From positions 29,700,001 through 29,764,000 of the forward strand of contig NC_087251.1 in NCBI RefSeq assembly GCF_037042905.1: DNA of 64,000 bases. Reading direction: 5' to 3'. Of the stretch, positions 1-12,471 are shown piece by piece; the stretch's first letter is position 1; every line of letters starts with the position of its first letter. Below the pieces are notes generated by a model. The model worked only from the letters and a program-made list of their open reading frames with translations. It did no database searches and was not told the origin of the DNA. The position numbers and the translations under genes are program-made. Source of the DNA: Lytechinus pictus. Lineage: Eukaryota.

Positions 1-2190
1 GCACATTACATTTATACCCTTGCTGTTCAAACGAACAGGTGTGATGCATTGTATTTCCGTTCTACATTGCATCTGGCTGATATTCTGAAAATAAAATAAC
101 AGTAAGTCAACTTACGCCTCATTACAATGTATACAAAACTAGTTACCATCAACATTGTGACATTTAAAAAAATACATTTTAGATTAAAGCCAAATTATTT
201 ATATAGCTATTCTTTCCAAAGAAGCATGACTCATGTTCCTTTTCACATAATAACCACTGTATCACAATTTGTTGGTCAAGTAAAAGGATACTTTAATAAT
301 TGGAATTGAATAGACTATATTCTATAAGATGGCATGACAAGATATTGCGTATCCTTTGTTCTTTTCCTGTGACAACAAATCCAAAATGGCATAATTTCAG
401 AGTGCAAATGTGTGACAGCCCAAAAGTGGTATTCTTTGCCCCATTTGACTATTCTCACACAGCCAACACACATACCCCCCCCCCCCCGAACGAGGCGCTC
501 AGCTAGTTTGTCAATTGCGCCTTGATCAGCCACTCAGCAACCTTTTTACCGTTTTGCGCCGAGGCCGAAAGATCATGAATTGTCTCTCCTTTTTAACCGG
601 ATTGTCTTTTTCATCCATTATAACAATATAGGTGAGGGAATGAATCCTTATTAAAGTAAAACAAGGCTAGACTATCAACGGCACATGAAGTTTCTTCTGC
701 CCCCCAAATCGCCCCCTTCCCATCTTCGTCTACATCAGACATGGTTTAGTTGTAAGAGTCCACAGTTTTTCCCGAAGATCCTCAGGTTCAGTCGAGCATG
801 TGATGCAACGCATGTCGCACAACATACAAAATGCAAATTAAACACACACTCATCGGAAATACAAACTATACTGTATGATGAGTGTGTGACAATTTGCATG
901 CAGCGCGCTATTATCTACGGAAGTGCTTGAAAGGTCTCATAAGCTCCGCCCCCAAAAAAGATTTTTGGAGGTCAAGACTTTCACAAGAGTAACAGCTTAA
1001 AACTGAGGGAGTACATGTAGCTTCATTTGTAACAGATTGTCTGACCTGACTGTATGCAGTTTCACAAATTGGATTTATGTGAAAGGAGAAAAATAGATTG
1101 ATGAAAAACATAGGTGACGATTTTGTGAGAATTTTGATCACAAGTGGGGATCAACCCCCCCCCCCTCCCGGATTGCCGCTAATGGTGAAATTCATATTTT
1201 GTTTGTTTGTCATATTTTGATGACACATTTACCCGTTTACTATAAACAAATTGTCTTTTTCTTTGAATGATGTTTTAAAACGATTTTAAATGCAAGCTAT
1301 GTGAACACTTAACTATGTAGCTTCTCATGAATAAAATGTTTTTGCCATGTACATAATTCATACATTTTTTTGTTGTCTACTTTTTTATTGTCTCTTGGTA
1401 ACATAATATTATATGTAGATGTATATCCTATACAGGTAACTTGGACTGTATTCTGATGCCCAGATTGACTTTAATAGGCGATGGTCTATCCAAGCAGATT
1501 CCACTTGCCTTGGTCTTACTCTGAGGTTATGGGAAGCCAAAACTTTCAAATTTGTTGTTGTATTTTGTTTATTTTTACTGTGCTCTTTCAAGCTATAATT
1601 TTGAATAAAATTGGGGTTTTTCCCCCAGGCAGTTAAATGATTGGAGTGTCAAATACCGTAACTCAACCGCAAATTAAGTCTACATAATTTTTTTATATTG
1701 AACCCGTACTCATTACTGTATATTTGTGTCACAATTGGCTATCCATAGCTAAACTGGAAATTAAGTCTACATTAAATCTGAGTTCAGAATACCGGCCAAT
1801 GTCTTTTTTATGCATTACAAATTTTTAGTTTTTGTCCTAAGGTTTGCAGACAAATTGATCATCACTGTACTTTACAATACCATGTCAATATGTAAATGTG
1901 GACAAATATTATTTTGCACTCAACTGTAAATCTGTCCAGTCTATTGTAACAAAGTGACATTTTCATCCATGCGTCTTATACACAAATATTGTTTTGTTGT
2001 GCCATGTTGGATCAAGCTTCTAAGTCACAAATTAAGTCAGAAGTATTCAAAAGACCAATTTTTTTAATTTTTATTTTAGTCCTGCAAGTTGAATTTCTGA
2101 AAGATATTTAATACTTCCCAGCAGACCGCACTGTGCTGGAAGTATGTCTACATGAAACGGTATATGAACTCGTCCGTCCTTAAAAGTTAA

Positions 2191-3194
2191 TTTTTGTCTC
2201 GCCTGCATAGCAGAGCGAGACTATAGGCGCCGCTTTTCCGACGGCGGCGGCGTCAACATCAAATCTTAACCTAAGGTTAAGTTTTTGAAATGACATCATA
2301 ACTTAGAAAGTGTATAGACCTAGTTCATGAAACTTGGACATAAGGTTAATCAAGTATTACTGAACATTCTGCCTGAGTTTCAGGTCACATGACCAAGGTC
2401 AAAGGTCATTTAGGGTCAATGAACTTAGACCATGTTGGGAAAAATTATTTTCAAAATCTTAACCGAAGGTTAAGTTTTTGAAATGACATCATAACTTAGA
2501 GACCTAGTTCATGAAACTTGGGCATAAGGTTAATCAAGTATTAGTGAACATCCTGCTCGAGTTTCAGGTCACGTGACCAAGGTCAAAGGTCATTTAGGGT
2601 CAATGAACTTTGGTCAAGTTGGGGGTATTTGTTGAATTACTATCATAACTTTGAAAACTTATGGATCTAGTCCATGAAACTTGGACATAAGGTTAATCAA
2701 GTATTAGTGAACATCCTGCCCGAGTTTCAGGTCACATGACCAAGGTCAAAGGTCATTTAGGGTCAATGAACTTTGGCCAAGTTGGGGGTATTTGTTGAAT
2801 TACCATCCTAACTCTGAAAGTTTATGGATCTAGTTCATAAAACTTGGGATATAAGAGTAATCAAGCATCACTGAACATCCCCTTTGAGTTTCAGGTCACA
2901 AAACCAAGTCAAAGGTCAGTTAAGGTCAATAAACTTAGGCCATGTTGGGGTAATTGTTGAAGTGCCATCATAAATTTGAAAGTTTATGGATAGAGTGAAT
3001 GAAATGTGGACATGGGTGTAGTTGACAGTCTTAAGTCTACGTTCAAATGTCATTTATGGTCAATGAACGTGGTATTATGTCATTATATGAATGATGTTTT
3101 TGTGAATGATTATTTTATAGTAGTTTTCAAAGTAAGCACTGCTGCTATATTAAATTGCGTAATGCAGGCGACTGCCAGAGGCGTTCCACTTGTT
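2191..3194 (+). mobile_element. Non-autonomous Helentron-associated (HINE/pearl-like) element with internal ~120-bp tandem repeats, copy 1
   Basis: Starts at a T-run, followed by the hairpin GTCTCGCCTGCATAGCAGAGCGAGAC and a (GGC)n tract. Several ~120-bp units contain CAAGGTCAAAGGTCA. It ends with the subterminal inverted GCAGGCGAC and CCACTTGTT. Confidence 0.7.
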
Positions 3195-3265
3195 CTTAAT
3201 GAGATTGCTAAAATGAAATGACAATTGAGAATCTGTAGAGAGATCGGACTTGCACACCAATATTA

Positions 3266-4217
3266 AACAAGTGGAATGCCTCTGGCCGTCTCACCTGCAT
3301 CACGCGATTCAATATAGCAGCGGTGCTGATTTTGAAAACTACTATAACTCGCACAAGATGTTCAGTGATACTTGGTTACTCGTATTTCCACGTTTTATGA
3401 ACTAGACCAATACACTTATAGAGATATGATGGCAATTCAACAAATACCCCCAACGTGGCCAAAGTTCTTTGACCTTACATGACCTTTGACCTTGATCATG
3501 TGACCTGAAACTCGCACAGGATGTTCAGTGATACTTGATTACTCTTATGTCCAAGTTTTATGAACTAGACCAACACACTTTCAAATTTATGGCTGTAATT
3601 CAACAAATACCCCAATTTGGCCAAAGTTCATTGACCCTAAATGACCTTTGACCTTGATCATGTGACCTGAAACTTGCACAGGATGTTCAGTAATACTTGA
3701 TTACTATTATGTCCAAGTTTCATGAATCAGATCCATAAACTTTCAAAGTTATGATGGTAATTCAACAGATACCCCCAATTCGGCCAAAGTTCATTGACCC
3801 TAAATGACCTTTGACCTTGGTCATGTGACGTGAAACTCATGCAGGATGTTCAGTGATACTTGATTAACCTTATGTATAAGTTTCATGAACTAGGTCCATA
3901 TATTTTCTAAGTTATGATGACATTTCAAAAACTTAACCTTAGGTTAAGATTTTGATGTTGATTCCCCCAACATGGTCTAAGTTCATTGACCCTAAATGAC
4001 CTTTGACCTTGGTCATGTGACATGAAACTCAGGCAGGATGTTCAGTAATACTTGATTAACCTTATGGCCAAGTTTCATGAACTAGGTCCATATACTTTCT
4101 AAGTTATGCTGTCATTTCAAAAACTTAACCTCAGGTTAAGATTTGGTGTTGACGCCGCCGCCGCCGTCGGAAAAGCGGCGCCTATAGTCTCACTCTGCTA
4201 TGCAGGTGAGACAAAAA
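3266..4217 (-). mobile_element. HINE/pearl-like element, copy 2, inverted relative to copy 1
   Basis: Reverse-complement ends of copy 1 (AACAAGTGGAA ... GCAGGTGAGACAAAAA) and the same TGACCTTTGACC tandem units. Confidence 0.7.
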
Positions 4218-6021
4218 TCAAATCTGTTTGTACTGGCTTGTGGAATTTAAGAGTCTATTGAGGGGATTCCAGGCTTGTGTGTAATCTAATGCTAACATCC
4301 AAGCTTCCCTTATTGCTAGGAATAAAATCCCACATCATACCCTATTTTTCTTTCCCTTTTACCCCCGCTCTCTTTCTCTCTCCTTCGCTCTCTTTCTCTT
4401 CCCCTCTTGTGCCCCCTTTCTCTTTGCTCCCATACCCATTTTCTTTCTCCTCTATCCAAAACCATCTCTATACCCCCTCTCCATCTCTATCTTTGTACTT
4501 ACAACCAGGATTAATCTATAAAAAGAGGTAAAAAGGTAATTACAAATAATTTATTAATGAATCCTATACTAGTATATACACATGTACTTGTGTAAAACAA
4601 AAACAAATGTGAGAATTCATATCTCCCTCTATTTCATTGATTCTAATCATGTCTGATGTTAGTGTAAAAATAAAAACGATTGATATATTTGAACAGTTTA
4701 CAGGCTTACCATCTTGGTAATTAGTAGTCAACTTTGGTTAACAGCAGGAGCTATTCAACATGTTTGTCCGACAATTTGTCAGATCAGGGAAGCGTTTCAT
4801 CAACAGTTTCATCCAACAAGTTGTCAGATCAGACAACTTTCCTTCATTGGCTGAGCACGGTTACTATGGTAACTGTCGGAGAAAAGAAGACCTGTCCGAT
4901 AAAGCCTCTGACAAGTCCTTTCATGAATTGGTCCCCTGATAACTTTCATTGAGTATGATTGAATCTATGAGGCAGTCTATAATTATAATTTGATGGATCT
5001 TTGTCTGATCATTAAATCTTCGTGTTTCTATCACTCTTCTGCTGCTATAGAAACCAACTGGATGTAATAGGGGCTTCCCCTTTAATACAATGCTATACCA
5101 GTATGTACAACATGTACATTGTATATTTCAGATGAAAAACACTGAAATATGACTAACAGTATTTAAGAAGATCATTACAGCACCCTAATGGACTTATTAC
5201 AAAATTCAGATGAACCCATAAACAATAGTACTGTGTCTGTTTGAAGTAGGACAATCATGCCTACAAACTTGTCATATTTGTCAACAAAACTGATTGTATG
5301 AAATTTTGTCACAAATAGATTTGACAATGATAAGGAAAATATATAAAAATTATCAGTAGTTAACATCAATAATTTTGGTGTAATGTTCATTTTTAAAGAA
5401 TTTTAAAAACTTGTACCCAAAATTTTTAAATAGGTGTTATCAATAATTTTTGTTAAAATTTCTGATCATATTTCTCGAGGCGATTTTCTTCCGAGTTTTT
5501 GGTACCAGTATGTAAAATCCCTATCCACAAAATCAAACAATGTACATATATTGGCAAGAAAATACTTTTTACATAATATATTATATGTAATCATTCCCCT
5601 TTAAAGACTGGATTAGTTTGATACCCATAATGACATGGGGCTGAGTCAGCCTGTCCCCTATGATCTGGGCTGTTGACAGCTATTAACTGTATGTGATTCA
5701 CAATGAACATATCATGAATATTGTTATTATTGATTATCATTGCTGATGCAGTACTAAATTATACCAAAGACAAACTTAATTTTCAAATCATGTAATGAAA
5801 CAATACAATATACCGAGGTGCCCTATTTGTAAACCTACATGTATGATGGCAACCCCATAAATTTCTTTAATACAATCACAAAACAAATTCCCCAAATTTA
5901 CAGTAGGTTGCTCACCTGTACATATCATAAGCCCCTCTCTTTTTTTAATTAAACCACATAAAGCTCCAAAATATTCCTGGTATGGGGAGCTGGGTGTTTT
6001 ATAATCTTTACATAGGATTAA

Positions 6022-6636
6022 AGGAAAAGTCCACCCCAACAAAAAGTTGATTTGAATAAAAAGAGAAAAATTCAACAAGCATAACAGTAACACTGAAAAT
6101 TTCATCAAAATTGGATGTAAAATAAGAAAGTTATGACATTTTAAAGTTTTGGTTAATGTCACAAAATAGTTTAATATGCACATCCTTGCTGATATGCAAA
6201 TGAGGAACTGATGATATCATCCACTCACTATATCTTTTGTATTTTATTATATGATATATGGAATATTTAAATTTTCTCCTCATTCTCTATGAAACAAAGT
6301 TTTCTTCATCCCTGAACATGTGGAATTACCATTGTTTTGACATTTTATGGTTCAGTCAAGTTGGTCCTTGTTGCCAAATATGCAAAAATTGAAATATTGT
6401 ATACCGGTAATTCAAACAATAAAAAACAAAAGAAAAAGTGAGTGAGGGACATCATCAATTCTCTCATTTGCATGTTACTGAGTTGTGCATATAACTGTTA
6501 AGTGAAAAATAAGCAAAACTGAAAATGTCATAACTTTCTTATTTTATATCCGATTTTGATGAAATTTTCAGTGATATTCTTGTTTGTTTTTTCTCTATTT
6601 ATTGAAATCAACATTTTTCTGGGGTGGACTTGGCCT
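6022..6636 (+). mobile_element. TTAA-flanked MITE family A (Kolobok/piggyBac-type TSD)
   Basis: TTAA at 6018-6021 and 6637-6640; termini AGGAAAAGTCCACCCC / GGGGTGGACTTGGCCT; long imperfect TIRs; at least four copies in the window. Confidence 0.85.
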
Positions 6637-7351
6637 TTAAGTATGAACTTAACATGACTGGATGTGGCATGAAAGAAAAATGTCAGGAAAAAATGTTTTT
6701 TGCAATGTAACTTCATTAATAACTTTAAGAAACATCACCAAGCATGATAAGGCATTGGCAATATCAACCACATCCCCCTACACCGCAGACAAAATGTATT
6801 CACCCCCAGAATGTAAAAAAAAATGTACATCTACATGTAACCTTTGTATAAAAGTTGCAAAAGAGCCATTGAAAATTGTATTTTAGTTCCAAACAAAAAA
6901 GCTGTTTGGCATTAAAATGAGAAGGGATAAAAAGTCCCTAAAACAGAAACCTTACAGAAGATGCACAATTCTTGGAAAACATCAGGTGAGTCATGGTACT
7001 TTGACAACGGAGGATTGTTTTGAGCATGTAGTCTCCCACCCCTTTACGTCTCTACAATTTGATTTATGAAGAAGTACAACATGCCACAAGTTGAATGGCT
7101 ACCTACATGTATGAAGTTCAATTTATTTTACTGTTGAAGAACCTGCTTACTCCTTCACATAAATTCTGCCTCATCTTGATAGAGAGTGCAATAAACCCAT
7201 TTCTTTGTGGTTCATTTGTGATACGATGAGTTGCAATTCTTAGTAGTACCGGTAATAATCAATATTATAATTAAAAAAATAATTACACTTGCTTGTATCC
7301 TTGCCAAACCATCTTTTACAAAAGACATTCCTTCTTGCCCTCAAAAAGAGC

Positions 7352-7553
7352 CATTTAGCTTCAAGAATACAGACTGAAAATGTGGATTACTTCTTCAAAT
7401 ACTATAATAGAGAACAATCTGATATAAGTTTACTGATTATAGTGGGGTGTTTATCAAAGAGTGTAAAGTTATGCCCAATCCTATGAACTAGAAAGTGACA
7501 AGCTGAATGGGTATCTTGATAAATTTGAATTTAATAAGGTATAGCTTGGTGAT
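7352..7553. repeat. ~200-bp direct repeat, copy 1 (downstream of the B9D2 stop codon)
   Basis: Near-identical to 8204-8412 (CATTTAGCTT...AATACAGACTGAAAATGTGGATTACTTC...TATAGCTTGGTGAT). Confidence 0.9.
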
Positions 7554-7679
7554 ATGACAGTGGCTAACTTCACAACCTTGAATTTATCACTAATCACTCA
7601 TATCAGAAGTCACAAAAAAGTACTGAACAATGCAGCAAAATTACCCGGGCTTTATCTAAGCAGTTCTGCATTTCAAGGT

Positions 7680-7826
7680 ATAAATTCCAGCCAGGTTAGC
7701 TTTTACCTCACTTGTCTTGAGTAATGATAATGTTCTTTCTGAAGGAAATTAATGCCTGGAGAAGGATTTAAACCCATGACTCTCTAAAGAGACACGGCCC
7801 ATAACCACTACACCAGTATGCCTCCT
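7680..7826 (-). mobile_element. Degenerate tRNA-derived SINE in the B9D2 3' UTR
   Basis: Minus strand has an A-box-like TGGTGTAGTGG and a B-box-like GGTTTAAATCC, followed by a SINE-like body. Confidence 0.5.
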
Positions 7827-7858
7827 TGTACACAAGTTTATTGGTTTCCACACCTTCA

Positions 7859-8169
7859 TCAGCATTCCACGCCATATTTATCAAAATTCTTGAGAATAAT
7901 CCCGAGCTGACAGTGAACTTTTCCCATAGCAACAGTCTGAAGAGTATAGCGTTCAGCGCTCTGCACCATATCGGCATTCCGTAGTTGTGAGGCGCCCCCT
8001 ATGAAGTACTGCGAAACCTGTTCACGAAAAGTTCCTGATGGTCGCCATGTCGGGCATTGGATGTCATGTGTACCAGGAGAGGTCGGCAAGTGACAGAATC
8101 CATAACCGTAGAGCTCATTGCGTCCAAAGTCATCTTGGTGGTAAACCTCAAATTTTAATTTAGGCCATC
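7859..8169 (-). CDS. B9D2: B9 domain-containing protein 2 (ciliary transition zone, MKS module), last coding exon
   Basis: Encodes [33 protein letters not shown]...[16 protein letters not shown], the recognisable B9D2 C-terminal half. Acceptor is ttccattcag; phase 1 matches the upstream exon. Confidence 0.96.
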
Positions 8170-8203
8170 CTGAATGGAACAAATGAAATATACAGTGAGA
8201 CTT

Positions 8204-8412
8204 CATTTAGCTTCCAGAATACAGACTGAAAATGTGGATTACTTCTTCAACTACTATAATAGAGAACAATCTGATAGAAGTTTACTGGTAATAGTGGGGT
8301 GTTTTTTAAAGAGTGTTTGTAAAGTTATGCCCAATCCTATGAACAACTAGAAAGTGACAAGCCGAATGGGTATCTTGATAACTCTGAATTGAATTAGGTA
8401 TAGCTTGGTGAT
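8204..8412. repeat. ~200-bp direct repeat, copy 2 (last intron of B9D2)
   Basis: Near-identical to 7352-7553. Confidence 0.9.
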
Positions 8413-8965
8413 GCTTGAGATTCCTAATGTAAAAACAAATTTTCAGGGCAAAGTTTACCATTTTCCATATTTTAGATATAAGAAATCCAAATTTAAAGTA
8501 CCCGGTAAGTAATTTAGGCTCACTTTGGCAATTTATGTATCAGATGTAAGTAGGGTTGTATAAAATTAAATTGAATATACATGTATCTTCATCTCTTATG
8601 ACACATGAACCCTGTCTTGGCTAAAGAACATCTTCATTTCTTTTCATTCATAAATATCCCTCGATACAGAATAAGTTAAAGAAATAATGATCTTACACAT
8701 CAAATGGGTCCATTCTCTTTGTATGTTTTGGGGCAAAAAAGATGAAGTAATGTCATAAGAAATGGTAGGGATATGTCTGTCATCATTTAATATGCAAACT
8801 ACAATTTCATCAATCCAATGCAAACTATCTTTCATCTGGCTTGGGCAAATTTGTGAATAATTTCCTCCTTCATTTTACTTCGTTCACTAAATTCACATCA
8901 ATCTCAGGTGAGATTACACTTTTTTTTACCCATTCCTGAAGAGGTTGCAATAAGGGATTCCTTAC

Positions 8966-9091
8966 CTTGTAATCCTTTGGTAGCAAAGTGAATATCGATA
9001 GGATGACTCCAGACTGCAAAGTTTTCATTCTGTGGGAGATCCACCTGTGTTTGTCCTTCTCTTATTCCAGCTATGACCTTCCATGCTCCAC
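8966..9091 (-). CDS. B9D2: B9D2 coding exon 2
   Basis: Encodes [42 protein letters not shown]; acceptor ttcttttag, donor gtaagg; 126 nt, phase 1-1. Confidence 0.96.
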
Positions 9092-9630
9092 CTAAAAGAA
9101 ACCCCACAAAAAACACAATGATACTTGTAAGGGCCTGAGAAGAGTATTTTCTAACTGACATTGTTGACAGGCTGTGATTGGGGACCATTGACCTTTACCC
9201 TGATTATCACCCAGAATAGGAATGGTGTCAGTGATTAAAAGGTTGCCGTTGGTGATAATACCAACCGATGCTTCTTGTGCTTTTGAGTTTTGATTATGGA
9301 GTGATCTGAAACACACTTTTCCCTATTTTTGTCCTACCAACCAACCCTCCTTACATATTAATGAACAGATGGTGATAACATAACAATAACAGTTTATAAT
9401 AATTCAAAGGAAAAAAAATCAGCAATTGTAAGAGAAACATCTCCACAGATTGGCAAGTTTCTCAATTAGGTTAAGGTAAAACAAAAACACACAAGAGGCA
9501 CAAAGCATGCATCAAAGAGACCTCTAGGTAGCCAAGAGCAACCAATGAAACAAACAAATTCAAGCAAGCCATAGCATAGGCCTACATGTAGGACATAAAC
9601 AAACTTCAGATTAACTACTTGCATGCTTAC

Positions 9631-9718
9631 CAGTGTGTATTTTCCATTTGCAATAAAGATTTTGATTTGAGAACCCACTTGCTCCAAGGATCTGCCCTAT
9701 AACATGAACTTCTGCCAT
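9631..9718 (-). CDS. B9D2: B9D2 first coding exon (absent from the ORF track in this frame)
   Basis: Manual translation gives [29 protein letters not shown](G); donor gtaagc at 9630. An acceptor ttttgtcag 8 nt before the ATG implies an upstream non-coding exon. The exons total 88+126+311=525 nt = 174 aa plus stop. Confidence 0.95.
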
Positions 9719-10493
9719 CTCTCTACCTGACAAAAAGAGCATTTAAAGTGAACAAACTTGTCAATAAAAGCAGAAATTAAACCTGGATATAAAGAAATAT
9801 AATTGGTGGAAATATTACAACAGAAATTAAAGTTCTATACATATATTTGGATCTACCAATTTCTATATCCTGCAGAAAATAAAAGTCTAAAAACAAAAAA
9901 GAAGAGAAAAGAAAAAGGAAAATAAACATTTTAAAAAAGCAAAATAAAAGTAAACAAAAAGAAAACAGGAGAGAAAAAAATTGAAAAGAAAGTTAAAGAA
10001 ACAAAAGAAAAAAAGAAAAGGAGAAGAAAAAAAAGATAAGGAAAAAATATGTAAATGTAAAATAATAATAAAAAGAGACAAGAATTAAGAAAGATGAAGG
10101 AGAAAAAAAGAAACGAATATAACTAAAAAAAATATGAAAGAAGCTAATGATTTTTTTTTTTAAAGCTAAACAGCAATGACAAAATTAATCATTTCTGATT
10201 GGTTGCCAGCCAAACCAAACAAAGAAGTTGATTTTTTTAGAAATGATTTGATTGATGATTCATCTCACATAAATTTATAATGCACACAAGCACAACCTCA
10301 CAAAGATACATGGTCACACAATAATAAATTTCTTAAGGCTTAGACCTTAGACTCTAAATTATTTAATTAATTACATTAATTATATATACAAAAAAAATTG
10401 TTTTTCACTTTTACAAATGAGACAATTTTATTTTTTAATTCTACTTAGTAATTAGACTCACATCTTTTCAGAATTTATTGCTGAAAGACTTAA

Positions 10494-11099
10494 AGGTCAA
10501 GTACACTTCAGAAAAATGTTGATTTGAATAAATTGGGAAAATCAGACAAGCATAATGCTGAAAATTTCATCAAAATCGGATGTAAAATAATAAAGTTATG
10601 ACATTTTAAAGTTTTGCTTATTTTCACAAAATAGTTATTATATGCACAATTTAGTCACATGCAAATGAGAGAATCGATGATGTCCCTCACTCACTATTTC
10701 TTTTGTTTTTGTTTGAGTTATACAATATTTCAATTTTTACAGATTTGACAATAGGCCTATGGACCAACTTGACTGAACCATAAAATGTTAAACAATGGTA
10801 ATTCCACAAGTTCAGGGCGAAATAGAAATTTGTTTCACAGTACATTGGCGAGAAAAATCAGAATATTTCATATTTCATATAATAAAATACAAAATAGTGA
10901 GTGAGTGATGTCATCAGTTCCCTCATTTGCATACCTACTGGGATGTGCATATATAACTATTTTGTGAAATTAAGCGAAACTTTAAAATGTCATAACTTTC
11001 TTCTTTTACATCTAAATTTTTATGAAGTTTTCAGTGTTGTGCTTGTTGGATTTTTCTCTTCTTATTCTAATCAACTTTTCTTTGGGGTGGACTTGTCCT
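10494..11099 (-). mobile_element. TTAA-flanked MITE family A in the presumed first intron of B9D2
   Basis: TTAA at 10490-10493 and 11100-11103; same family as 6022-6636 in the opposite orientation. Confidence 0.85.
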
Positions 11100-11340
11100 T
11101 TAAGTTATTAGTTAATCTGACTAACTTGGAAGTTTAAAAAAATATTGTGTTTGAATTGAGAATCTAAGAACTTTGTACAAAACAATAACAAAAGTTGGAT
11201 AGAAAACACACAAATACAGTCATGTAATAATTTCACTCGTTTTCAAACCGTAGATCTAGTGAATCTATATTCTTGACCAGGCATACATGTAACTGTAAGT
11301 ACTTCCTTACGCTGAATGAGGTATTAATTTAATTTAAGCT

Positions 11341-11791
11341 CAGGAGTGGACTGTGCAAAACGAGGGAGACACAGGACTGGGGTAGATTGGGGTCTCAATT
11401 ATCTTGATAAAAATAAAATGTGGAAACAGAAATTATGCACTTACCACGATTATAATGGATGAAGAAGGTCTATCGTGACACACAAATCCTGACATCAACA
11501 CATAGACTGGAACCTCAAAAAAACAAAATATAGCCTCGGTCTCTATCGGCCATTTTGTTTTGAATTTTTACAGAAGGAGAGGTATCGCGACACTCCGACA
11601 GAACTTTTCGTTTTTTTGAGGTTCCAGTCGATCTGTGCCTCGATGTCAGGATTTGTGTGTCACAATAGACCTTCATTTCATCCATTATAATCGTGGCAAG
11701 TGCATAATTTCTGTTTCCACATTTTATCAAGATTACTATTGAGACCCCAATCTACCCCAGTGTCTCCCTCGTTTTGCACGGTCGACTCCTG
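11341..11791. repeat. Long inverted repeat (arms ~11341-11528 and ~11605-11791) over the probable B9D2 promoter and first exon
   Basis: The arms are near reverse complements. A minus-strand donor GTAAGT lies at 11444-11439 and a YY1-like AAAATGGCC lies in the spacer. No TSD is seen. Confidence 0.85.
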
Positions 11792-12283
11792 GTCTCCGGG
11801 AGCTCCTGGGCCGGGTTAGTAATGAACCCGGGAGTGCGGGGAAACTAGACGAGATATTCACACAGCACATATTATAATATGTGGGACTGAATTAGATTTG
11901 GCGTACCTAGCAACAAGAATTATACGGACTAAGATTTCGATAAGGTTAATTTCTTTATATTCCGAGAATTTCTTACAAATGAAAATACAAATACAGCACA
12001 TTTACATCAATATGTTAACTTACGAAAGCAATTCGTTAATCGTTAGACCTCTCCTTTTGTCTAAGACTAGTTTTAACAGTTTCGCCGCTTAGTTCACAAA
12101 AATGCATGATTAATGAACGTAGATGGCAGCAATACTGGAAGTGCAGTGGCACTGCCACGGAAATAAATTTTTCGTGTGCACTGCTCTCTCTGGAAACAGA
12201 TCAATGTCACGGCTATAATTAAGACATTTTCAGCTCTTCCATGCACTTATTACTTGCCATAAATTCATGTTATGTTATGTTAT

Positions 12284-12454
12284 TGTGATGTATGAACTGA
12301 AGACTAATGACGCAATCTTCATGAGCAGCCTTGTACGCATGCGCGACAGAGAGCAAGATGGCGTAACATTAAATGGCAGACACTACTCTACATCGCTGTG
12401 CTATTATCTCATTATTATGTATCCCTTTAAGAACCACAACACGAGAACATAACA
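12284..12454 (+). repeat. 5' LTR
   Basis: TGTGATGT...ACATAACA; identical by eye to 19245-19415; contains YY1-like CAAGATGGCG and NRF1-like ACGCATGCGC. Confidence 0.97.
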
Positions 12455-12457
12455 ATT

Positions 12458-12471
12458 TGGCGACGAGGATG
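12458..12471 (+). other. Primer binding site, probably tRNA-Ser(GCU)
   Basis: TGGCGACGAGGATG lies 3 nt after the LTR and is complementary to the ...CATCCTCGTCG-CCA 3' end recalled for metazoan tRNA-Ser(GCU). Confidence 0.8.

Noticed and set aside
1..84. Possible minus-strand coding exon (NISQMQCRTEIQCITPVRLNSK)
   Set aside because: It has a good acceptor, but the peptide is unrecognised and truncated by the window edge.
608..640. TTCATCCATTATAA followed by a donor, also present in the 11341-11791 palindrome
   Set aside because: A 14-bp AT-rich match with no extension; likely chance.
2270..4140. CRISPR-like array
   Set aside because: The units are whole tandem repeats with no unique spacers, in eukaryotic context, with no cas genes.
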